A DNA stretch of 64,000 nt from an uncultured Nitrososphaerales archaeon (GCA_963695855.1 CAVOHZ010000010.1:128001-192000); one strand, 5' to 3'; shown: positions 20,608 to 32,042, counted from the stretch's first letter. The notes: generated by a model from the sequence alone, not told the origin. Numbers and translations are program-made.

Positions 20608-20640
20608 TAAATAGAAATGAAACCTTTTCTGTTTAAATCT

Positions 20641-20660
20641 TTCTAAACTCGAGTTTAGAA
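20641..20660. promoter_or_regulatory. Perfect 20-bp palindrome TTCTAAACTCGAGTTTAGAA (copy 1)
   Basis: Lies 34 bp upstream of ORF 20287-20607; related copies at 21057 and 25775. Function inferred. Confidence 0.55.
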
Positions 20661-21056
20661 ATATGCAATATTTTGGGCCTGAACTATATAAAATCAGTTG
20701 TTAGTCCAAGCAAAAGGTCTTTCTGACTTTGATATGAAATTTTTTTGGATGATAAATATTTCGTGTACTATGTACCTTCTTCTTCTTGAAATAAAAGAAT
20801 CTCCCAAGCAATAAGCGGTCCTAAATCATGGACACATTGACCGGACAAAGCGTCCTTAAGGAATACAAAAGAGATAAAGTAAAGATGACTATTTTAATGG
20901 TCAACTTTTGTTAAAGAAAATTTACTAATAGCTTTGAATAATAATTTAAAATATAATGTAAAACATTGTAATGTAAAACATTGTATAAAGTCAAAACAAG
21001 TCTATTGTGTTGTTCTATATTGTCAAGTCATAACTTTTACATCAGATAAAAGTATG

Positions 21057-21084
21057 ATATTTCAAAACTCGAGTTTAGAAATAT
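21057..21084. promoter_or_regulatory. 28-bp palindrome ATATTTCAAAACTCGAGTTTAGAAATAT (copy 2)
   Basis: One internal mismatch; just downstream of bioF. Confidence 0.55.
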
Positions 21085-21140
21085 AGGTATGTAGTGCAAC
21101 TTTTATTTAGATCTAATGTGTCTTATAAACTAGTGATATA

Positions 21141-22315
21141 TCATATTATTTTATATTTTTTGCCCAATGTTTCTAGACATGTTAATACATATTCTAATTT
21201 ATTTTTTTCTATATGTCGATTAAGAGATATTCTTAGGCGAGATTCACCGAACTTTACAGTAGGATACCTTATGGCTTGTACAAGATCCCTTGTTTAAATA
21301 GATCATCAGAAAATCTGACAGCTAGTTTCTCATTGCCAATTATTATTGGCACGATCTGACTGGAACTCGATCCTGTGTTGAATCCTAATTTCTTTAATTC
21401 TCTCAAGAACCAATGTATTTTAGTAAAGAAATCGACTTGCAAAACGGGATTTTTCTTAAGGATCGAAATGGCGTTAATTGCAGAGACGCACAAGTGTCCA
21501 GGGATCGCCGAAGTATAGATAAACTGCCTAGATCGATTTACAAGGAGATTTCTTATCATATTAGAAGATGCGACGTAACCGCCGAAACATCCCAGTCCTT
21601 TGCTAAGACTACTGATATGAATATCTACGTCTTTTTCCACACCAAAGTACTCAGGAATTCCTCCCCAATTCCCTTGCTTACCAAAGACGAAATCGCCATG
21701 TGCATCATCGACAACAAGAATCACATCGTATCGTTTGGATAGTTCTACAAGATGGTCCAGTTTTGCTAAATCGCCATCCATGCTGAAAACACCCTCTGTA
21801 ATTACGATGCTTTTACCTTTTGTTTTTTTTAGTTTTCCTTGAAGGTCATCAGGATCATTGTGATTGAAAATAAAAACATTCTTGTTTGTTTTTGATATTT
21901 TACAGGCATCTATTATACTTGCATGGTTCAGTTCATCACTAAATATTTTATGCTCTCCTGTAGCAATTGCAGAAATTGCTCCAAGATTTGCCATATATCC
22001 TGTAGGATATACTAAAGCAGACTCCGAGCCTCGATGTAAAGCAAGAATTTCTTCAAGTTCGACAATAGCAATATCATTTCCTGATAAGAGGCGTGAACTA
22101 CAAGGAGAAATCTGCTTTAAAGACCCTTTCGTTTTTTCAACTATAATTTTATTTTGTGATAACCCAAGATAGTCATTAGAACATAGATTAATTACCTTCT
22201 TTCCGTTGATGTAAAAATCATTTTCTCTTACTTGTGTTGTTAATAGTCTTCGATATATGTTGTTCCTTTTAAAATCTTCCAGTTGAGCCTTAACATGCTC
22301 ATACTTTGAGGCCAA
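21141..22315 (-). CDS. bioF: 8-amino-7-oxononanoate synthase (apparent 1-bp frameshift near 21282)
   Basis: SNDYLGL, DELNHASIID, EGVFSMDGD, DDAHG, SLSKGLG; conserved C-terminus VQAIRYPTV..RLRISL continues in another frame to TGA at 21141. Confidence 0.9.
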
Positions 22316-23270
22316 TTTCTTTTATCATTTGAATATCTTTATTGTGTCTGTTTCCGCCTGTAGTAAGATATCCACCAGTAATTATACCATTAGCTCCTGC
22401 CTGAAGAACAAATTTTCCATTGTCCTCAAAATGAAATTCCCTTCCTCCGGCAATTTTCAAGATAGTCTTTGGCATGATAAATCTCCAAACAGCAATGGTC
22501 CTTATTACTTCCTCATTAGATATTGGATTTTGAATTCCCAGCGGCGTTCCCTCTCGCGCAATCAACACATTTACCGGAACCTCATCAGGTTCAAGTTCAG
22601 CAAGCGCAAAGGCCAATTCAAGCCTTTGTCTTGGCGTTTCACCCATTCCAATGATCCCGCCACAGCAGAGTTCAAGTCCAGCGTCTTTCACTATTTTAGC
22701 TGTATTTACTCGGTCCTCATAATCATGGCTCCTACATATTTGTGAAAAATAGCTTTTTGATGTCTCTAAATTATGGTTATATCTCTTTACCCCCAAAGAT
22801 TTGAGTATACTGGCTCGTTGAGGAGTCATAAATCCCAGGGATGTATTTACTTCAATTCCAACCCTATTCTTAATTTCTGTTATTGACTTGCAAATGTGTT
22901 GAAAATCTTTTTCGGGAGGAGATCGATAGGCACAAACAAGACAGAAACTATTGGAACCCTCATCTTTCGCATCTTGTGCTTTTTCTACCAAAGTCTCCGT
23001 TGGTAACAGGGTATATTTTGATATTCCAGTATCGTAAAATGATGATTGTGCACAGAACGAGCAATCTTCTGGACAATTACCCGATTTTGCATTTACTAAG
23101 GATTCGACATCTACCCGGTCACCATTAAATTGCCTGGTAATCTCGTTGGCACATCTTGCCAGAGTCATCATATCTCTTGTATTCAATAATGATTCTGCAT
23201 CTTCAAATGTCATTTGGCCACCATTCAGAACCTTGTTCATAACTTCCTCAGGTGATCTCGAATCTCTCAT
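22299..23270 (-). CDS. bioB: Biotin synthase
   Basis: Radical-SAM CPEDCSFCAQS, YNHNLETS, CCGGIIGMGE, TGGYLTT; start may be 23270 or 23321. Confidence 0.95.
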   Translation of the reverse strand: MRDSRSPEEVMNKVLNGGQMTFEDAESLLNTRDMMTLARCANEITRQFNGDRVDVESLVNAKSGNCPEDCSFCAQSSFYDTGISKYTLLPTETLVEKAQDAKDEGSNSFCLVCAYRSPPEKDFQHICKSITEIKNRVGIEVNTSLGFMTPQRASILKSLGVKRYNHNLETSKSYFSQICRSHDYEDRVNTAKIVKDAGLELCCGGIIGMGETPRQRLELAFALAELEPDEVPVNVLIAREGTPLGIQNPISNEEVIRTIAVWRFIMPKTILKIAGGREFHFEDNGKFVLQAGANGIITGGYLTTGGNRHNKDIQMIKEIGLKV

Positions 23271-23676
23271 AACATGATAATTTTTAAATCCTATAATTAA
23301 TTCTTGTTCTCCATAGACCAAAATACATGATGAATTTGGTAGGAACCTGAATATCTATCAACTACATCAGAATATTGCGCAAAAAGATCTCAAAAATGCA
23401 TACTTGTTATGCTTTTTTAGGGGGTAAAATGATATAAAATGGCAGATTATCAATAGATGAATAAATGTGCGTTTTTCGTTATTTTCGGTCATCCAAAAAA
23501 ATGCTCAAAAAAGGACCCTTTTATGATACGTCTGAAAAATAGTATCTTTTTTTTACCTTTAAAATGGTTCCAATTAATGATTAAAATCGTTTAAAAAATA
23601 TTACCTTTTTTATACTGTTTGTCTTGTTTTTTTAACATTTGAATATAGATATCATTTTTAATGTTTATTTCGGTAT

Positions 23677-24309
23677 ATGCGAAAATATGCTATAGCATAT
23701 CTTAGGGTAAGTACTGAAGAACAGACTGTACAGAATCAAAAGATTGCAATTACCAAATGGGCTAGCGATCATGATTATCAGATGTTGTATTTTTTTGAAG
23801 ATCCTGCAGTAAGTGGAAAAACACCTGCCACTTCTAGAAAGGGTTTTCAAGATTTGATGGAATTTGTAAGGGTATCAAAAGTGGATGCGGTTTTGGTCTA
23901 CGAGCTGTCGAGGGTAGGAAGGACTTTTTGGGATACACTCGACGCAATAAAGGTTATCGAAGAACATAGTCCGCTGATATCCTGTTCGCCTAGAGAGTCA
24001 TTTTTGCAGACCACAGAACCAAGCATCAGAAAACTGATGATAAGTATCCTAACATGGGTTGCTGAAAGAGAAAGAGAGATGCTTGTTCAACGTACAAAGG
24101 ATGGGATGAATAGAGCAAGAATTGCTGGAAAGGAAATCGGAAGACCGGAAAAGGTTATTGACAAAAACAACCTGATTACCCTATTAGCTGAAAATATTTC
24201 AAGAGCAAAAATCGCAAGGGAACTGGGTATATCAAAGGCTACTCTTTACAAGGAGTTTAGGAGGTTAAATATACATTATAATGATTCTAAAACTATCTTT
24301 CGTCAATAG
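23677..24309 (+). CDS. Serine recombinase (resolvase/invertase family) with C-terminal HTH
   Basis: YLRVSTEEQ (catalytic Ser), ELSRVGR, AEREREMLVQRTKDG, GRP, IARELGISKATLY. Confidence 0.93.
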   Translation: MRKYAIAYLRVSTEEQTVQNQKIAITKWASDHDYQMLYFFEDPAVSGKTPATSRKGFQDLMEFVRVSKVDAVLVYELSRVGRTFWDTLDAIKVIEEHSPLISCSPRESFLQTTEPSIRKLMISILTWVAEREREMLVQRTKDGMNRARIAGKEIGRPEKVIDKNNLITLLAENISRAKIARELGISKATLYKEFRRLNIHYNDSKTIFRQ

Positions 24310-25719
24310 GTTTTATTATATCAAGCAGAGTATCAATCAGAACATCTAGTTGGTTTCTTGGCATAGCAAGAGGGGGAATCAGTGTAACAATATTTCCAAG
24401 AGATCTAAGGAAAACTCCTCGCTTCATTGATTCTCTCATTATATAGTTACTAAGATCAAGACCATCAATATAAGACAGTGGTTGTTTTTTTCTCTTTTCT
24501 TGGGGCATTTTATTTTCTCTTGTTAATTCTAACCCTACTAAAAGACCTTTATGTCTAATTTTATGGACAGATTTATAAACTTCAAATTCTTTCAATCTTT
24601 TTTTAATATGCTTACTATTGTCTCTTATCTTTTGAATTAGATTACTTTTCTCATACATTTCCAAATTCGCAATACAAGCTGCACATCCAGCGGGATGACC
24701 AGTGTATGTATGTCCGTGGAATAATTGTTTATTTTCATCATATTCACTTAGAAATTCTTTATAAATTTCATCTGTGGTCAATGTCACTGCAATAGGGAAA
24801 TATCCTCCATTCAACGCCTTTCCATAGCAGACAATATCAGGCTTGGAAGATTGTGCGAGATATTCTATCATATTACCTAACCTGCCAAACCCTGTGGCAA
24901 TTTCATCTAAGATAAGTAGAACATCATATTTTTTACATAGATCGGAGACTCTTTTTTGGTATGTGTTAGGATAAATGGATACTCCGCCTGCTATTTGTGC
25001 CCCACTTTCCATCACAAGTCCAGCTATATTTTTTGAATTTTCTTTAAGTATGTGTTCTGTTTTTTCTATACATATATCAACTATCTCTGAATCTGTCAGA
25101 TCGTTGTCTAAATCATTTTCAAATGATGACGGCGCAGGAGTTCTAAAAGTTTTAATTAGTAATGATTTATAGGGATTGAAATATCTATCTACGTAACCCA
25201 TAGACATGGTCGCGATTGTATCTCCATGATAACCATTCTCTAATGAAAGAAATCTGTTCTTTTTTGGAAATTCTTTATTTTTCCAATACTGAACTCCCAT
25301 CTTCAATGCTACTTCCATAGCCGTCGAACCGTTATCGGAATAAAAGATTTTGTCCATCCCCTTGGTCAATTTTAAAAGTTTAGCAGCAAGTACTATTGAG
25401 GGTTTATTACCTAATCCAAATAGAGTAGAATGAGGAAGTTCCTGAAACTGTCTTCTGATTGCTTCAATAACAGGGTTTGAATCATACCCCCATACGCTGC
25501 ACCACATATTCGCAATTCCATCAAGGTACTTTTTTCCATTCTCACTGACAAGATAAAATCCATCTCCATGAGTTATTACTACATTATCTTGCTTGTTCCA
25601 AATTCGCATCTGAGTATAAGGATGCCAAACGTATGTCTTATCAAGATAAACTAATGATTTGTTAATATCTGTATCATTTATTTTTGGATTTTTTTTGTAA
25701 CTTCCTTTTTTTTATCCAT
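24293..25719 (-). CDS. bioA: Adenosylmethionine-8-amino-7-oxononanoate aminotransferase (ATG 25719 out of frame by one base in an A8 run)
   Basis: VWHPYTQM lies upstream of the called ORF; SDNGSTAMEVALK, YHGDT, DEIATGFGR, GKAL, HGHTYTG. Confidence 0.93.
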
Positions 25720-25774
25720 TCCTCTTTCAAATGTTAGTTGAGATAACTAATAAAATTTATTAATATATATAATA

Positions 25775-25802
25775 ATATATCTAAATTCGAGTTTTGAAAC
25801 AT
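25775..25802. promoter_or_regulatory. 28-bp palindrome (copy 3), upstream of bioA
   Basis: Reverse complement ATGTTTCAAAACTCGAATTTAGATATAT differs from copy 2 at 3 positions. Confidence 0.5.
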
Positions 25803-25810
25803 ACAAGATG

Positions 25811-26008
25811 TCAATGGTTAACTTTGATATTAATTTCATCCTTTTTTGTTGGTTTTTTCTTGATATCCTTCTTCTTCTTTATCCAATCATTTATCGCTTC
25901 TACGATTGATTCTTGGATCGCTCCACGATATAATCCTTTTTTTGATGCTATTATCTTTCTGAATTTTTCATTTAATGTATCTTCTAGTTCAAAAGTAATC
26001 TTTACCAT
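25811..26008 (-). CDS. Small ribbon-helix-helix (CopG-like) DNA-binding protein
   Basis: MVKITFELEDTLNEKFR..SIVEAINDWI strand-helix-helix pattern; ATG at 26008. Confidence 0.7.
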   Translation of the reverse strand: MVKITFELEDTLNEKFRKIIASKKGLYRGAIQESIVEAINDWIKKKKDIKKKPTKKDEINIKVNH

Positions 26009-26558
26009 ATTACCATATATCGGTATTCCCTTATTTATGGTTTCCTGTCTTACCGTATACATGGTTTCCCATAATACCGGTTGCATATTAAGAATTTCAG
26101 CAAAAATATATCTAAAAATTTGAATTGGTAAATCATAATAGAAATATCAGATCCTGGCACAGAAACCAAAAAAACTGGAAAAATCAGACGTCAAACAAAT
26201 AGAAAATGGATCAAAAAATTGAGTTTTAGGAGAGATCTACCTACAAATGTGGAGACCCATTGACGGAGAAAGAATATCTAAAGCTAATCAAATTGGAATA
26301 ACAGAGTACAAATAGTACATATGTCTTTTTTCTATTACAAAATATGCCTCAGTTTTAGCTTTATTTATAATAATATATTAATTAAACACTTGGATACACC
26401 AATGTTTTCTCTTCACACGATTGTAAACCATGCTTTATTATCATCTATTTAAAAAAGATATGCTAGCATTAAATTGAATAAAAAAGGAATCATGAATTAG
26501 GACAGAGTATTACAGGATAGAATTAAATATATAATTTGAGATTGGATAAAGGAACTAC

Positions 26559-27617
26559 ATGAACCAAAACAAAGTAAATGAACTGTCAGAGCGAATTCTA
26601 AATGAAACTAATTCTGCAATGACTTGTCTAAATTTGTATATTGGTTACAAACTAGATCTTTTCAAAATTCTAGCTGAAGCTGGTGCGATATCTTCTGCAG
26701 AATTTATAGCCAAAACTAACCTATCGAAACGTTATATGCAGGAATGGCTAGAGTGTATGACTGTACAGGGTTACATAGAATTTGATTCTGCAACAGGAAA
26801 TTTTACCTTGCCTCCTGAGCATCAAGCTGTTTTATGTGATCGTTGTAATGAAGCATATACAATCCCCTTTGTGTGCTGGATACCAAGTTTTTCTTTAGTA
26901 CTGGAAAAATTGATAGAAGCATTTCGGACTGGTGAAGGCATCCCTTATTCAGATTATGGACAGGATCTAATTGAAGCACAAGGAGAGGGAAATAGACCCA
27001 TGTTTATCAATAATATTACGAAATGGATAGCCGCCATGCCTGACTTGAAGGAAAAATTCGAAACAATCGGAGGTAAAGTAGCTGATGTAGGATGTGGTGA
27101 TGGATGGGCAAGTATTGCATTAGCAAAAGCGTTTCCCTTAACAAAGATAGATGCAATTGATGTAGATGAGATGTCTGTACAAAATACCAGCGAAAACATA
27201 GAAAAGAACAATCTTTCAGATCGGATAACAGTCTATAATATGCCGATTGAGAAAATGTCTCATAAAGACCAGTACGATCTAGTCATGTCCTTTGAAACAA
27301 TTCACGACATGGCTTATCCAGTAGAAGCTCTAAGCCAAATGCGAAAAATGGTATTTCCCAACGGTTCGGTTCTTATTGCTGACGTAAAAATGAATGAAAA
27401 TCTAATCGATAAAAAGGATTTTCCCGGAAGGCTGTATTATAATTTTAGCGTTCTTCTTTGTCTCCCTCAATCTCTGGTTTACCCCGATAGCATGGGTACT
27501 GGAGCAGCTATGATCCCTTCAACCTTCCAAAGATATGTAAAAGAAGGAGGTTTTTCAAAAACAGAAATTCTATCTGTCGATCATTTTCTGTGGCGATTTT
27601 ATCGTTTGAAACCTTAA
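26559..27617 (+). CDS. Class I SAM-dependent methyltransferase with N-terminal winged helix
   Basis: VADVGCGDG motif I, YDLV..ETIHDMAYP, RYMQEWL. Confidence 0.88.
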   Translation: MNQNKVNELSERILNETNSAMTCLNLYIGYKLDLFKILAEAGAISSAEFIAKTNLSKRYMQEWLECMTVQGYIEFDSATGNFTLPPEHQAVLCDRCNEAYTIPFVCWIPSFSLVLEKLIEAFRTGEGIPYSDYGQDLIEAQGEGNRPMFINNITKWIAAMPDLKEKFETIGGKVADVGCGDGWASIALAKAFPLTKIDAIDVDEMSVQNTSENIEKNNLSDRITVYNMPIEKMSHKDQYDLVMSFETIHDMAYPVEALSQMRKMVFPNGSVLIADVKMNENLIDKKDFPGRLYYNFSVLLCLPQSLVYPDSMGTGAAMIPSTFQRYVKEGGFSKTEILSVDHFLWRFYRLKP

Positions 27618-27747
27618 TTAATTGTAATTATATTTCCTAGTCAAATTTTTATATCTCATTCAATAGATAAGACTAATAATAACAGAAATAGGCCAATTTT
27701 TTGTTATTATTACCCGTTGTTTATTTATAATTCAAATCAAAAAAAAA

Positions 27748-28191
27748 TTATTTTTGAGGTAGTACTGTCATTTTTCCTTTTATGTTTAACGGATCAGTAC
27801 TAGAATAGAAAGGATAATCTCCAGGTGATAGATTAAATGATAGAATATTCGGAAAACGATCCAGGCATAATCATCTTTGTGTCGAATATTTTACCTGCCA
27901 TTTGGTCATCTGGACTTGCACCATTTGTAAACGAATGATCTTTAGTTGAATTATTCAAGACCAATACCTCCTCCCCCTGCTTGATTGTAAATTCAGATGG
28001 CTTAAAGAATACATTTCCGCTTTTATCTTCATTGATATGGAGAACTAAAGCGATCGGAGTAGCATCTGGGCTTGTGTCAGGCATATGTATCTGACCATCT
28101 ATAGACTGGACTGCAAATGAATTTACGCTAAAGGTTAACAAGGCTAAAAGAACTGACAAAAGTATGGTGTTTGATATTATTTTTTAGTCAT
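27748..28191 (-). pseudogene. Cupredoxin-fold secreted protein with two apparent frameshifts
   Basis: FKPSEFTIKQGEEV..N...DHSFT; C-terminus PGDYPFYSSTDPLNIKGKMTV is in a shifted frame; ATG 28191 is off-frame by one base in an A6 run. Confidence 0.7.
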
Positions 28192-29201
28192 TTTCTTATT
28201 AACAATATATCATTTGATACCAATATTTCATTTTTTTCTTTTTTATCTTGATTTTACTGTTATAATAATAAAATAAAATATTATTTTATTATATTTTTCT
28301 TTTTTTTGATTTAGATTAATTAATTCATTAACTAATCTAATACACTAGCAATATTTGTTAATCATTATGGGTAAATAGCGATCATAGGTAAAGACCGATC
28401 CAGTTTTCTATCAAAAAAGCAACATTTAATGATGTACCAACTATTTACCACGACATGTAGAAGTGAAAAGACAGTGCAACTCCCATAACACCAAAAACAA
28501 CCATAAAAAATCTTCTGAAGAAAATTATTATTAAGCTTAATGATTTCTCTTTTTTTCTTTGTTCTTATTCTTATTCTTCCTTTTCTTTTTCACACTTTAT
28601 AGAAACACACATTTCCTTATCTATAGAATAACTATCAAGCAAACTTCCTGCATAGAATAATAAATCATCGTCCTCAAATGATTTATCTACATACTACAAC
28701 ACTATAGATTATCCCTGTTCCTAGGGTCTTGATCACATCATCTTTTTCATAGTTTCTTTTGAACCACATAATTCTTCTCCTTGTTCGCTTTCCACAGAAT
28801 TTCATTTCAGAAAGTCAAGGAGGTGTTAATCATAGACTCTGCTTTTTTTACTATTTCCGAGTTTACTTGATAAAGGTATCATAACTGTATTTTTTCCCTC
28901 TGAAACATATACTTTTTATTGTTTTTCACAGCAAATAGCATTAAGTACACTTTTGTATGTGTTATAAAAATTCATGGATAAATCTAGCGAGCGATAATTC
29001 TAAAAAATATGGCAACCAAAGTCGAATTAAAATCAAAATACAAGTTGCTCTATCGAAATAGTATCACAAACCGTTGCAAATATACTAAGGATCTATCAAA
29101 TGAGACAATTATAGTAATCATCTGTGAAAACAACAACGAAAATGACATCCATTATGCATCGTGAATCTTGCAGTGGTCGTAATTTTTTAAAAGATTTAAA
29201 G

Positions 29202-30236
29202 ATGCAAGAACAACATAACAGTATGAAAATTCAGGGTTACGCAGCAAAGAGACCGCATGATAAACTAGAATATTTTGAATATGATGTAGGTAACGTCAAA
29301 CCTGATGAGATCGAGATTGACATCGAATATTGTGGTATTTGCCACAGTGACTTGAGCATGATTAATAATGATTGGGGATTAACTGAATATCCTATAGTTC
29401 CAGGACATGAAATTATTGGAAAGGTTTCAGAAATTGGCAATATGGTAGAACATCTAAAAGTCGGACAATATGTTGGAATAGGTTGGAGAGCACGTTCATG
29501 TCTAGTTTGTGATCAATGTTTGAGTGGTCATCACAACAGGTGTTTAAGGGGTGAAGATGTTATTGTTGGCAGGCATGGTGGGTATGCTGATAAAGTACGT
29601 TGTCAGGGAATATGGGCTTTTAGTTTACCTCCAAATATAGATCTTAAAAGTGCTGGACCCCTATTTTGTGGAGGAATTACGGTATTCAATCCGATTATTC
29701 AAAACAAGATAAAGTCCACAGACCATGTTGCGGTGGTTGGAATAGGTGGGTTGGGACATATAGCCATAAAATTTCTTGATGCGTGGGGATGCGAGGTTAC
29801 AGCCTTCTCAACCAATCCAGACAAAGAGAAAGAAACACGACAGTACGGTGCAGATCATTTCGTAAACTCTAAAGAATCTGGTTCTTTGGAATCGATAGCA
29901 AATCGTTTTGACATGGTTTTAGTTACAACGAATGTCAACCTTGATTGGGAAGGTTATATTAATACACTTAAACCAGGAGGCAAGTTGCATATCGTTGGAG
30001 CTACACCTTCCATTCAAACATCTGTTTTCCCATTAATTTCTGGTGAAAAATCAATAGGCGGTTCTCCTATCGGAAGCCCAGCTACTATTAAAATGATGCT
30101 AGACTTTTGTAATCGTCACAAAATCATTCCTGTAATTGAAGAGTTTCCATTATCACATGTCAATGAAGCACTCGATCACCTGCGAGCTGGTAAGGCAAGG
30201 TACCGGGCAGTATTAAAAAATGATTTTACCAGATAG
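29202..30236 (+). CDS. Zn-dependent NAD(P)-linked alcohol dehydrogenase (CAD/Ahr-like)
   Basis: CGICHSD, GHEIIG, structural CLVCDQC..C, GIGGLG; start uncertain (29124-29223). Confidence 0.92.
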   Translation: MQEQHNSMKIQGYAAKRPHDKLEYFEYDVGNVKPDEIEIDIEYCGICHSDLSMINNDWGLTEYPIVPGHEIIGKVSEIGNMVEHLKVGQYVGIGWRARSCLVCDQCLSGHHNRCLRGEDVIVGRHGGYADKVRCQGIWAFSLPPNIDLKSAGPLFCGGITVFNPIIQNKIKSTDHVAVVGIGGLGHIAIKFLDAWGCEVTAFSTNPDKEKETRQYGADHFVNSKESGSLESIANRFDMVLVTTNVNLDWEGYINTLKPGGKLHIVGATPSIQTSVFPLISGEKSIGGSPIGSPATIKMMLDFCNRHKIIPVIEEFPLSHVNEALDHLRAGKARYRAVLKNDFTR

Positions 30237-30882
30237 AAATTATTATGAAAAAATCTTGTAATATTATATATTTATATTACCAAAATTGCGGATTTTGTGT
30301 AACTATTTGTAGTACGGAGTGAATCAAACCTCTATCTTTTAACGCTGGGTAAGAGGTTTGAACTTTGTTTCGTTCTTTTTTCTTTAAGGCATTAAAGGAA
30401 TAAAATTAAAAATATATAGATTCTTTGGTTAATTAACGACCGTGTAAAAATTCATAGGTCCAGATATATTTCATGGTAAATATGAAATTTAGAAATTTAC
30501 AATATCCCCGATTTCAGTCTCCGTCTGTAAAAATTTCGGTCGTGGCTAATTACGCAATAATTTGAATGAGAATAGACACATCATGTCTCTTCTTGGAAGC
30601 AAAAAACTATATTCATTTTTAATGTAGTGGGGTCTAGGTTATATAATAATTAACCACATAAACTCCTCAAATTAATAAATCCGTGGACAAATGTGTATTC
30701 ATTTATGCATCCAAATATTGTAATATTCTTTTCTTATATCAAAATGTTATCTTTTTTAAAAATTGTTTTACCAAACTTTGAATTATCAATAAGACAATAT
30801 GAAGCTAATATTTTACTAAATTATACCATCGGAAATTATTAATTTAATATTACTCATCTTGATGACATATGAAATTGTTTGG

Positions 30883-31515
30883 TTATTTTAGTTCAGTATC
30901 TGCAACATAATAAAGTTTTTCCTCATCACAATCAACGATGAACACCAGTTTATCGGTATTCTCACCTTCACCATTCTCAAGCTGGGCTTCTGTAATATCA
31001 TTGGGAATGGTTGCAGTTTCAATACCTTCTTCTTGTGGAGAAGAATTGCTGTAAAATTCCTTCTGTTCTCCTTTTAATTCAAGAGTTTGAATTGCACCAG
31101 TAGATGAAAGACTTTGAACTAACATTTCAGGAGAGCCTCTTAAAAATAATCCTTGAACACTATCAGGGAAACCGCATGGTGATTTATATGAAATCTTGAT
31201 TGCTTCGCCTCTTGATATAGGCACTTTATCGTTAGTAACATCATTATTTTCAGAGACTTTAACACCCTCTTCCATTATAAAAGTTGGATAAATCTCAAAA
31301 TTAGATCCGTCTGCCTTTGTTATACTAATAGGAGAGACATTATCGAATTCCATGGCATAAGTGGTTTCTAAATAAAAAAATGACAGGACTGAAAGAGAAA
31401 AAAGCAAAGCCAAAGATAGAAAATTTGAGTTAAAACGTCGCATCATCATAATTATCATCATAGTATAATCAAATATAGATAGATAAGTCTTTCCGAGAAT
31501 TAAATATATTAGCAA
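30883..31515 (-). CDS. Secreted hypothetical protein
   Basis: Hydrophobic leader ending TYA, acidic body; start probably downstream of 31515. Confidence 0.6.
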   Translation of the reverse strand: MLIYLILGKTYLSIFDYTMMIIMMMRRFNSNFLSLALLFSLSVLSFFYLETTYAMEFDNVSPISITKADGSNFEIYPTFIMEEGVKVSENNDVTNDKVPISRGEAIKISYKSPCGFPDSVQGLFLRGSPEMLVQSLSSTGAIQTLELKGEQKEFYSNSSPQEEGIETATIPNDITEAQLENGEGENTDKLVFIVDCDEEKLYYVADTELK

Positions 31516-31607
31516 AATAATATTTAGAAAACAAAAAATGCTTTTTTTCTTATATTTGAACCAAAGTTTTCTTTATTTTTAAAAAAAAATAAACTATGAA
31601 ATTTGGA

Positions 31608-31739
31608 TTATTTGTCATTATTATTGGGATCGTCACTTCTAAAATCTTCATCTTCGTCGTCATCCATTTCTTCTTCAAAGTCCTCTAGGTCGTCTGTGTC
31701 ATCACTGATTTCCTCTCCATTTTGATTTTTGTGACTCAT
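31608..31739 (-). CDS. Putative 43-aa highly acidic small protein
   Basis: MSHKNQNGEEISDDTDDLEDFEEEMDDDEDEDFRSDDPNNNDK; below ORF-track cutoff. Confidence 0.45.
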   Translation of the reverse strand: MSHKNQNGEEISDDTDDLEDFEEEMDDDEDEDFRSDDPNNNDK

Positions 31740-32042
31740 GACTCAAATTGGTGATTAGTTTTTTAAAATGTTTTCATCATTAAATAATATTATCTAGAAA
31801 TTGAGCTATCGAAAATGGAGAAATTTGCTGCGGGGTTCTGGATATTGCCTTTAGAGGTAAAGGACCTTTTGAAATGGCGATGTCATGAGATCATTTCTTG
31901 GAAATCTAGTTTAAAAACAGTAATTACTTTTTTTACTTTTCTTCTTTTATCCCTTTTTTGTATTATTATTCAAATTTTCAATCTTTTGTTATATCTCTAA
32001 CATTCGTAACATTATTTTCAAATTATATGGCTAATTTTGATT

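Noticed and set aside
28360-28960. Possible decayed genes
   Set aside because: Only short broken frames; no motif I can identify.
30430-30700. Weak inverted repeat (ACGACCG/CGGTCGT) as MITE, ncRNA or origin
   Set aside because: Short match, no target duplication, no second copy, no cdc6/orc gene nearby.
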